64,000 bases of DNA. It comes from Malacoraja senta. Taxonomy: Eukaryota. The notes beneath the pieces are model-generated. The model saw only the letters and a list, made by a program, of their open reading frames with translations. It was not told the DNA's origin and made no database searches. Shown piece by piece: positions 13,458 through 23,981 of this stretch; the stretch's first letter is position 1, and the number at the start of each line of letters is the position of its first letter. The position numbers and the translations under genes are program-made. The stretch spans positions 3,598,001 through 3,662,000 of the forward strand of contig CM075997.1 of the NCBI GenBank assembly GCA_038087875.1, given 5' to 3'.

Positions 13458-13516
13458 ATCCCCCAGTCGTACAGCAGTTACGAAGAACATATCGCTACTT
13501 CAAAGATTACAGACAG
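13458..13516 (+). CDS. TIMM50: TIMM50 internal exon (59 nt): (D)PPVVQQLRRTYRYFKDYRQ
   Basis: ttgcAG|AT...CAG|GT; translation matches the Tim50 QQLRRTY.YFKDYRQ segment. Confidence 0.93.
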
Positions 13517-14132
13517 GTGGGTGTATTAACAACATACAAGAGATCCTTGTTCCATCAAGCTGAACAACGTACAGCATATATTCAGTAAACTTAGGTGCAA
13601 TTGATGGTATATCCATGTTCCTTGCAAGTCAACAGCAAATCAAAAACTGTAGATCACAATCCAAATAATGGTGATAAAATGTCGAGACAAGGAACTACAG
13701 ATGCTGGTAAATGATGTGTGCCATTGACTTATATACTTTCAGGCTTTGCTTTATCTATTTGCCACATGGAAAATGGGCTTGTCGGATCAAAAGAAATAGG
13801 AGGATTAGGCCATATGTTCGGTTTGACCTGCTCTGAAACTCAACAAAATCCCCACCTCTAGTTTTTCCTTTTTGATATATGCTTTAGTACCCAAAAAATA
13901 ATGTGGTCTCCATTTGAATAGATGCTGTGACTGAACACCCACAGGTAGTGAACCATTGGGCTTTGCACTTCTCTGAAGTAAAGGAACATCAGACAACACT
14001 CAGACTTTCACATTCTGCTGTTGTTTATCATTGCATCCTGCAACCTTAACATTTGTGGAGTCTCTTCATATTCCTCTATCCATTGTCATCTTCAATAAGC
14101 CCTTTCGCTGAAACCTGGAAATCTCTTATTTC

Positions 14133-14248
14133 CTATTTAAATAACGTTGCCTATTTCCTTCGCTCCATAGATGCTGCCGCACCCGCTGAGTTTCTCCAGC
14201 ACTTTTGTCTACCTTCGATTTTCCAGCATCTGCAGTTCCTTCTTAAAC
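14133..14248 (+). mobile_element. Penelope-like terminal fragment
   Basis: Family sequence flanked by 14-bp TSD aaatctcttatttc (14119-14132, 14249-14262). Confidence 0.75.
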
Positions 14249-15043
14249 AAATCTCTTATTTCTCCTTGTACAATACGTCCTTTTAGATTAGGGAGAAAAC
14301 TGAATAATAGGGTGAATATTTGTGAAGTTATGCTCTCCTGTTTAAAAATAAGGAAATGTGTTGGCCATAACCTTTTAATTCATTATTCAGCAACAATATT
14401 TGCAATCTACAGTGGAGCCCTTTGAAAGGGTATTAAAACGTCATGATTGCAGCATAAATTATCCAACTGATTACAGCATTGAAACAAACTACTGCTAATA
14501 ATGTTGCTTCCCTGATGTTGGGCTGGCAAAGGTATATGAAATCAGATTGTGTGAAATCAGATTGTTCACTGCAGCTGTGCTGAAAGCTGGCCTCTCGGAC
14601 CAGCGAAAGAGCAGCCCCCGCGACTGAATGTGAACAGCTGTCTCTGGAGGCAGCGGGCAAAGCCAGCTGACTGAGTGGTGTTCCTGACACACAACTGCAA
14701 TAAATGGGTTTTTAAGAGTACTTGTGTTACCGACAGTGGATGTTAAGGTTCTGCTGTGGTGGATTGTCCTGTGGTACGCGTCAATGTTCAGGTGTGTAGT
14801 AATCCCCTGACAGCTGGGAGCTGACTCACACAGCAGATCTGTGAATGCAACAATAGAAAATGAGCAGCATTGAGGTTGTCATCAATAGATGGGAGGGATG
14901 CTCTGAAAAGAAACTTTCCTTTCCCTGCCTCTTCAGACTGATCAAAGTATTGTTTTTTTTTTTTTACAAATTTGCCCTTGTAACATAAGCTTTTGCACGT
15001 TTCTTTGATCCTGCCCTTTTTCTTTCATTTCTTTTTTTCCCAG

Positions 15044-15163
15044 ATGATAATTGAGCCCACCAGTCAGAAGCTGCTGCCAGACCCCCTTAAAGAACCATAT
15101 TACCAGCCACCGTATACTGTTGTGTTGGAACTAACAGATGTGTTACTGCACCCAGAATGGTCG
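15044..15163 (+). CDS. TIMM50: TIMM50 exon (120 nt): [40 protein letters not shown]
   Basis: Polypyrimidine tract plus CAG acceptor, GTAAGT donor; conserved Tim50 sequence. Confidence 0.97.
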
Positions 15164-15902
15164 GTAAGTCCCTCAGCACCTGATTGTACAACACCTCCAG
15201 GCAATGAATGGTTGGCGAGGTGAAGAAAGAGGAAGGAAAATCAAGAGGAATATTTTGTTTAAATTGTTTAAACTAGTTTCTTTATATCAATTTTAAAAAT
15301 CCTTTATATTAAACCACTTTTTTCCGCCATCGCTGCAATACTTTATTGTTGGTTATCTAGTTACATTTGGAACCATTTTCATTTACTTTTATTTTTCAGA
15401 TTAAAACATCGTGCCAATGTCAGTTCTTACCTTGAGTATTTATTTAGCGTTGAAGGGGAGATGCTAGGAATATCCACAAAGTGTATTGTAGCGTCAGAGA
15501 CAATTTCTTGATTACAGTCTAATAACTGCGAAAAAATATACTAAAATTTTGGGGGGAAAACAGCAGCCCCCACAATTAAAATGTGGATTACGGAAATGAC
15601 TGAGACCTTGCATTTGGAAAAAATAAGATTTGTCTTAATTGACAAACCAGGGTCGCTATCTGAGAGAATGGTAAGGGCAATTCTTCACTGCTTTTAAAAA
15701 GTATCTGGATGTTCTGGAAAGGCTTGCAGGACTGTTGACCTAACGCGCAAGGCGGGTTCTTTTTGGGTAGCTCTTCCTTGACTGGTACAAGCACATCAAA
15801 CCAAATGGCTTCCTATTTCAATTCTATGATTTCTATAACTATATATTTGAAAACATATATGAATGTAATAAATGGGAACCAGAATAGACCACTTGGGCTC
15901 TC

Positions 15903-16039
15903 TTCTTCTTGCGTATGGCGTGCACAGCCTAAAGTTGTAGGACAACTTGTTCTATTTGATCTTATTTGATTGTGCACGCCAGGTTGATTGCATTTGTCGA
16001 AACAGGGCGGACCACGTGAAGGTTGCAATCTCCCACCCC
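15903..16039 (-). mobile_element. Short retroposon with HDV-like ribozyme head, copy 2 (intact fold)
   Basis: TSD acttgggctctc/acttggactctc (15891-15902, 16040-16051); (AAG)n tail. Confidence 0.88.
15986..16039 (-). ncRNA. Predicted HDV-like (CPEB3-type) self-cleaving ribozyme, 54 nt
   Basis: P1 GGGGUGG/CCGCCCU, P2 GAUUGCA/UGCAAUC, P3 ACC/GGU, L3 UUCACGU, J1/4 GU, J4/2 CAAA. Confidence 0.8.
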
Positions 16040-18694
16040 ACTTGGACTCTCGAGGTTGCATTATCATTCAGTGAGATGATAGTTCTCTGAGCTTGGCCTC
16101 CACTTTCCTGCTTCTTTTCTTCACCCCTCGTCTCCTGAATAGACCAAAAAACGGTCTCTCTTGACCTTAAATTCAATAATTCAGCCTACATGTCTCTTGA
16201 CGTAGAGAACCAACAATCTGAGAGGAGAAATTCCTTCTTGTGTCTGAATTGGGCAACCCTTATTCTGAAACTATTCCCTTGCTTCCAGATCCCTTATATC
16301 CTCTCAATGTGTACCTCGTTGAGCCTCTTAGAATGTTATGTGTTTCAATAAGATCACATCTAAACTCCAGTGAGTTTTCAACCCACCATCTATTATTTCC
16401 TCATAAGAAACCAATTCATCCCAAGAATCAATCAAGTGAACCTACTGTGATCTGCAGTTGATTCAATTGCATCTCATCATAAATAAGTGCAAGTATTTCA
16501 GATATGATCAGATGCCCTGTACAGTTGTTGCAAGACTTATGGGAAGGAATCCTGCATCCCACCCTGATATGAACCCAGACCCATAGGACATAGGTTGACT
16601 CTTCACTGTGTAAGCCACATGCATTTAGAGGTGAGTGATAAATGCTGGCATTAACAGCATCCACAGTCATGAACGAGTAAATAAAAATAGGCATAATCTT
16701 TTCCAGTTCTTTTCCTTGCCAGCCTGGTATTGTGTCGAACACACAGTGCTGGAGTAACTCAGCGAGTCAGGCAAAGTCGTACATCCATGTCCTCTAGAAA
16801 TGCTGCCTGACCCGCTGAGTTGCTCCAACACATTGTTCTACACAAAATTCCACTGCAGTTTCTTGGGCCTCCAGCCTGAAGTATTATTTCATTCATTTAT
16901 ATTTATCATCCTCGACCATCCCTGAATACCCCAAGAATGATTCTTTGTATGCTCAGCTATTCGCTCTATATACAGTCTGTTGGCTACCGAGGGCATCAGT
17001 GTTGAGGATGCTTCCCTCCTTTTCAACTGCATGTATACATTCACACAGTGAAACAGGCTTCAATCAGGATTTTGTTCCTCCAACCCTGATTACAAAGGTA
17101 CTGAGCAAAGTTGCCGTATCCCTGATACCAACCCATGTTGAACCAGGGATCAGCTGACTTCACAGACTGTGTAGCGGCTACTTGTGTCAGTGTGCCTAAG
17201 TGTTTCATTGTATCTGCTGAAACCCACACCTGTTGAGTGGGCAGTCCGATGTAACATGAGCACCTGAGCATGAAGCAGGTGGTTGCAGGGAGGTGTGGAT
17301 TCCCCATATGCTTCTTTTCAGTGCTGAGGGACTGCAGTGAGATTTATTACAGTACGTTTTAACAATGTAGAGGTATAATGAAAGCACTTGTCCTTAGGCA
17401 AGTTGATGAGAACTTATTCAATATTCTTGGAAGTGCTGCTTTATTGTCTCGGAGTTTGCAGATTGTAAAAGTTGTTGTGGGTTCCCTTCATTACTTTCTA
17501 GAAACACAAACAGTTTTGAGTAGGTGGTGCCATAAGAGTTCAGATTAAATCTCTTCACGTCGTAGCTTCATACTATCAAAACAGCTGAGTTGATCCTGCA
17601 TATTAAACATTAAGTATAAATGAAGGATAAAAATCTCAGCATGTTTTCAGTGCAACTTTTTAACAGATGAGCATCAGACATTATACATCCAATATCGTAT
17701 GCCTGTGAGGTTTTAGTAATGGAATAAGATCTGAGTGTTGCTGTAGTATTCCAATGAAGACAATTCCATTCTATTCCATTAATTATGTTCCATATTAGAA
17801 ACGTTACAATAAATGTCCAGCTCTACTTGATCTTTGCTTGGGTGGTGGCTCACTACTGTGGAATATGTAAAAAAAAGAAAGTTTCTGGTCCTAATCATTA
17901 TCTGATGGCATGCTGAGAAAAATAAATCAAACATGGCACCAGGCCTTGATCCATTTCTAGAAACAAGGAATTGCAGATGCTGATTTACACAAAAGGACAC
18001 AAAGTGCCGGAGTAACTCCAGGTTAGGCAGCATCTCTGGAGAAAATGAATAGGGGATGTTTCAAGTCGAGTTGGAAAAGGTTAGCTATCCATGTTCTCCA
18101 GAGTTGCTACCTGACCTGCTGAGTTACTCCAGCACATTCTGTCCTTTCCTGATCCATTGTCAAGACAATGCACCGACCAAGATCTTTGAGACTCTGTGTA
18201 ATGGTAGTTATAACCCTGGATCTTAGTTTATAGGAGATAATAGATAATTGTACTGTAAACTGAAAAGTGTATAATTAATTGTTCCTGTATCATATGGCTA
18301 TATGCCAATATTAAAAGAGAAAAAAAACGTATTTAAAACATTGCAAGGTAACCAACCTTAGTGATAGGACCATTCTGCTCCTATGACAATAAGTCATAGG
18401 AGCAGAAGTTGGCCATTCGGCCATTTGAGTCAACTCCAGCATTCAACCATGGCTGATCGATCTTTCCCTCTCAACCCCTTTCACCTGCCTTCTCCCCATA
18501 ACCCTTGACACCCTTACTAATCAAGAATGTTTATTTTGGGTTGAGAGATATAGTCCTGGTTACCAGGAGAGCTCTCATAACTCTCTCAATATTGTACCAT
18601 TAGGTTTCTTAGTTCACTGAATATGGGGTCTTGGCCTCAACATTTCTCAGCTGCGGTGTTTTAATTGACTCACTCTTTTTATCTTTTTATCAAG

Positions 18695-18799
18695 TTAGTC
18701 ACAGGTTGGCGGTTTAAGAAGAGGCCAGGAATAGACTACCTTTTCCAGCAATTGGCACCATTGTATGAAATTGTTATCTTCACCACAGAGACGGGAATG
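18695..18799 (+). CDS. TIMM50: TIMM50 exon (105 nt): [35 protein letters not shown]
   Basis: AAG acceptor after a pyrimidine tract, GTGAGT donor; FCP1-like domain motif KKRPG. Confidence 0.96.
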
Positions 18800-18864
18800 G
18801 TGAGTTTATCATGTATTTTTCAATTCACTGCACATAGTTAATAATCCTCCATACTATTTTATTC

Positions 18865-20900
18865 TGGTGTTCACCTTTTTCCCCATTACAGGAAGGATGT
18901 TGAGATTTTTTCAAGGGTGCAGAGGAGGTTTACCAGAATGATACCTGGGTTAGGCCATATTAGCTACAGGGAGAGGTTGGAGAGACTTGGATTGTTTTTC
19001 AGGGACACCTGATTAAAAGTATATACAATTATGACAAGCATAGATAGGGTAGACAGTTAGAACCTTTTTCCAAGGATGGAAAAATCAAATACTAGAGGGC
19101 CTAGCTTTATGGTGACTGGAGCAAAGTTTTTTTTTTAAATGCAGGGATAGGATTTTTTTTACAGTGCCTAGAATATGGAGCTGGGGATGGTGGTGGAGAC
19201 AGATATGGTGCTGATATTTAAGAGGCTTTTGGATAGGCGTATACATATACAGGGAATGGAAGGATATGGATTATGTGCAGGTAGATAAGAATTGGGCTCG
19301 GTCAGACAGCATCTGTGGAAAAAAGGAATAGGTGACGTTTCAGGTCGAGACTCTTATGTGGGGATTTTTTTTTTTAACTAGGTGGTGGTAGAGGCAGATA
19401 CACAAGTAGCATTTAAGAGGATTCTAGATAGGCACATGGATCTAACAGGGAATGGATTGATATAGATTACATGCAGGCAGAGGAGATTAGTTGAACTTGG
19501 CATCATGTTTGGCACTGACATGGGCCAAGGGCCTGTTCCTGTGTTGAACTGTTCCATGTAATGTCATGGAAGGGGAGATGTAAGTCTTTTGTTGTGTTCA
19601 CTGATCTGTGGACTGGCATAGCTTGGCATGTAGCCATTATTTTGAAGATGTAACTGATAAGTAAAAATAACAAAACTGCTTTTCGCAGCAGATTCAATCT
19701 CGCTATGCTCACTGCTAAACTTTCAAAGGTGTTCTTCCAGGCAAGAATGCAAATGAAATGATGCAAAACTGATGTACTTACTCTGGAATAGATAAAAATG
19801 AATGTTGAATGGCAAGTTTCTACCTGCTTACCGGAGGACCTAAGGATGATTTCCTGATCATCTAAAGCAAAAGGGACATTCACATTTATTAGCTGGGGCG
19901 TTGAATATAAGAACAGTAAGGTTATGATACAAATACACACAATATTAGTTAGTTCACGTCTGGAATACCATGTGCAGGTTTGGTTACCACACTTATAGGA
20001 AGGATGTGTTTCAATGGAAAAGAGTGCAATGGAAATTCACCAGAGAGTAGAATTTCAACTATGATGAGAGATTGGAAAGGCTAGGTTTCAAACAAAACCT
20101 TTCCTTCAAACAGGTAAGGCAGAGGAAGGTAGACAAAAAATGCTGGAGAAATTCAGCGGGTGAGGCAGCATCTATGGAGAGAAGGAATAGGCGACTTTTC
20201 GGGTCGAGACCCTTCTTCAGATTGATGTCGGGTGGGGGGCCTGAAAAAAGACAGGCAGAGGAAGGACCTCTTGGAGATACATGATATTAGATAGTGAGGA
20301 TAGTAAGAATTAATTCACCCTAAAAGCCCTGTCCCACGGTACGAGTTCATTCCAAGAGCTCTCCCGAGTTTGCCCTGATTTGAACTCGGAGATTTACGGT
20401 AATGCCCACTCGTCGGTACTCGGGGATCTCGTGGACATTTTTCATCATGTTGAAAAATCTTCACGAGTCTTCCCATGCTTACCTGCCGTTAGCGTGTCTT
20501 CCCGAGTATCTACCGTTAGCGTTACGAGCCGCTAAGAGACGTCCCCGAGCTCCGATGTACCCGCTACGTTCATTCTCCGTGCTTACCACGAGTTAGATTT
20601 TTTTTAAACTCGGGAGAGTTCTTGGAATGAACTTGTACCGTGGGACAGGGATTTTAGCGAGATGTCCATGACCAGAGGGCACGTTTACAGTAAGGCATAA
20701 AAATGTATGAGGAATTTTGAGGGGTTTTTCACCCAGAGGATGGTTGAAATCTGAAACGCACAATATGAGAGGATGGTAGAGGCGATTGCTCTCCACAATA
20801 TTTACGTAATATTTGGATGGGCACTTCGAACACCATAGCATAGGAGACTACAGGCTGAAGACAGGAAAGTGGGCATAGTTACCTGCAGGCCAGCACAGAC
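18865..20900 (+). mobile_element. Cluster of decayed CR1 3' fragments with nested Penelope-like pieces and a MITE
   Basis: CR1-like nucleotide motifs (AGGAAGGATGT...CAGAGGAGGTTTACCAGAATG; GATAGGCACATGG). Confidence 0.6.
20324..20653. mobile_element. PIF/Harbinger-type MITE (subfamily A)
   Basis: TIR aagccctgtcccacgg; flanks TAA/TTA; body near-identical to 3584-3914. Confidence 0.85.
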
Positions 20901-21096
20901 ACGGTGGGCTGATGGCTTGCTGCTGTGTAGTATACGTACCAGCAGTAGCACAGTAACTTATTAACCTCATGTTTTATGCCTGATGAATAATTCCAGTGAA
21001 TCATAGTCTGGAAGCACTGTTATTCAGAGTTGCGTTACAGACATGCATATTTTGTCTGCCACCTTTCATGTCTTGAGTGTGCCCCCAAATCCCTTA

Positions 21097-21840
21097 CAGT
21101 GGCGCGGCAGTAGAGTTGCTGCCTTACAGCGCCAGAGACACGGGTTTGATCCTGACTACGGGTGCTCTGGTTTCCTCCCACCCTCAAAAGACCCACGGGT
21201 TTGTAGGTTAATTGGCTTCGGTAGAAAGATTGTAAATTGTCCCTAGCGTGTAGGATAGAACTAGTGGACGAGGTGATCGCTGGTCAAAGGGGGCCGAAGG
21301 GCCTGTTTCTGTGCTGTATATCTACACTAAACTAATTTATGAGTTAATTGAATTAATTGAATTCAATTAATTCAAAGGATTTATAGAAACAAGTTGGTCC
21401 CTTACCATAAATACAAATGTGGTAATGACGGATATTTTTTTAAATGATGCAGGTTGACAGAAAGCTCTCCTGTTGCTCTTCAAAATTCTACCATGTGTTG
21501 ATAGTTATAGGAAGTGTTTTCCAATATTAGTTTGGTCGACACAGTGGCGTAGCGGCAGAGCTACTGCCTTACAGCGCCAGGGACCCATGTTCAATCCTCA
21601 CGATGGGTGCTGTCTGTGCAGAGTTTGTACGTTCTCCCCGTGACCTGCGTGGGTTTTTTCCGAGATCTTCGGTTTCCTCCCACACTCCAAAAATGTACTG
21701 GTTTGTAGGCTAATGGTTTGGTATAAATGTAAATTGTCCCTGGTGTGTGTAGGATGGTGTTAGTATGCGGGGATCGCTGGTCGGCGCGGACTCATTGGGC
21801 CGAAGGGCCTGTTTCCGCACTATATCTCTAAACATTAAAC
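21097..21840 (+). mobile_element. Two HE1-like SINEs (~21097-21333 with an internal deletion; ~21535-21840)
   Basis: A-box-like GTGGCGC/TAGCGG, B-box-like GTTYRATCC, shared tail. Confidence 0.85.
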
Positions 21841-23026
21841 CCTAAAATATTGACAGTGCTGCCTCGCTATCATGAAATGTTCTTCCCTGCATTGTGATGA
21901 ATGCAGCTGCTGCAGGCCATATGGATCCTTCCAATCAGCAAGGGAAAATGCTTAAGGGCTCTATAGCTTTTCCTATAAAGCACCCTTTTCAAAACAAACA
22001 ATGTCTTATTTTGTAATTATTTATCAATGAAAAAGGTTTATGTTTGTTATTGTCATGTGTACTGAGGCACAGTGAAAAACTTTGCTTTGCATGCTATCCA
22101 ATCTGATCAGATAAATACTTAAATACAATCAAATCAAACTCAAATACAATAGAAAGAGCGAAGGAAAAGATACAGAGTGCAGGGTATAGTTCTCAGAAGT
22201 AAATACTGGTCCGCCACTGATTTTCTGGCAACTGATGGTCTGGCACCTCCTGTAATCTGTGCAAAATTACAAGAGTGCACTTGAAATCCCTCCCGGAAGT
22301 CTCCCCGAAAATGTGGCGCCTAGGCCAGGTGAGGCAGCCAATTGACCTCATCGGGACGTCCATAGCCAATTGATGGGTCTGTGGCCGGGCCTCTGGAACT
22401 CCCGGAACTCCCGGCAAATCCGTTCCCATTGGCGACATCCGAGGTCGACTTTGTGGCCCAGTATCTCGGCCCCTTGGCGGCACATGTGGACCATTCCAGT
22501 ACCGTTGGACTCCTCGCGGGTTCCGTGACCTCCGTTGGTCCAGCAAAGCGGATAATCCAGAAGGCTCTGGAACCAAGGGTGCCCGAAAATCGGTGCTGGA
22601 CCTGGAGTTTCACCTGACTAAAGGGGAAGCCCAAAAGTAAGAAATAAAATGATTGGCAAATAATGATTGTGAGGTGAGAATATTTTGGAAAGCTTTGGGT
22701 AATGTTCTGAAAATGTGGTAGACAAAATGTGTGGGAAGTAACTGCAGATGCTGGTTTAAACCGAAGATGGACACAAAATGCTGGAGTAACTCAGTGGGAC
22801 CAGCAGCATCTCTGGAGAGAAAGAATGGGTGACTTTTCGGGTCAAGACCCTTCTTCAGAAAGGGTGTTATGAGCAGATTCAATGGTTACTTCCAAAATTT
22901 AATTACCAAAGGAGGGAAAAAGGTAATTTCAGAGCAATGACTAGATGGTAGGTAGTAGGTTTCATTGTCGTGTTGACACACTTCTAACTTATATGTGACT
23001 TGAACTTAAATCTATGTTTAGGATAA

Positions 23027-23182
<156 letters not shown>

Positions 23183-23627
23183 TAATGTGTATAAGTAGAA
23201 TATTAATAGTGCCGGTACAGCAGGTGTCATTTCCAGGAAAAGAAACCAACTGCTGAAGTAACTCAGCAAGTCAGGCAGAATCTCTGGAGAACATGGATAG
23301 GTGACGTTTCATGTCGGGCTCCTTCGTCAGACTGATTGTGGAGGGAGCGGGGTGCGTAGGGGGAGTAGAAAAATCTGAAAGTGGAAAGAGAGTGAGGTAT
23401 CTCCCACCAACAATCGGATTGAAGAAGGGTCCCGACCCAAAACATCATCTACATTCTCCAGAGATGCTGCCTAATCCGCTGAGCTACTCAAGCACTTTGT
23501 GTCATTTTCGTAAACCAGCATCTAGTCTTCTGTCATTATCAGGTGTTGATAGCTTCTTTGAAACATTTAATTTGTCAATAAGCAAGAATCTCCTGGCCAT
23601 TTTGGCATGAGAGCTGAGACAGAGTAA

Positions 23628-23841
23628 AGGGCCTGTCCCACTTGGGCGTCATTTGCGCGTCATGCAGATGGTGCGCAAAGATTTTGTACATCCCAAAATC
23701 CTGGGGCACCGTGCGTGACTGCGCGTCACTGCCTACGTCACCACGCACCATGCGTGCATAATGCGCATCACGTGCGCGGCGTGACGCGCAAATGATGTAG
23801 CGTAAATTACGCGCAAATGACGCCCAAGTGGGACAGGCCCT
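23628..23841. mobile_element. PIF/Harbinger-type MITE (subfamily C, CpG-rich)
   Basis: Long TIR agggcctgtcccacttgggcgtcatttgcgcgt; perfect TAA TSD. Confidence 0.88.
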
Positions 23842-23853
23842 TAAAGCGCTTTG

Positions 23854-23981
23854 GCTGGTGAAAGAACAAGTTCTCCATTACCTCTCTATTTGAAGGAATA
23901 TTCCCATTTCTTACAGCTGGTGAAAGAACATGTTCTCCATTACCTCTCTATTTGAATAAAGGAATATTCCCATTTCTTACA
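23854..23981 (+). repeat. Tandem duplication, ~62-bp unit x2
   Basis: gctggtgaaagaaca...cccatttcttaca repeated directly. Confidence 0.9.
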
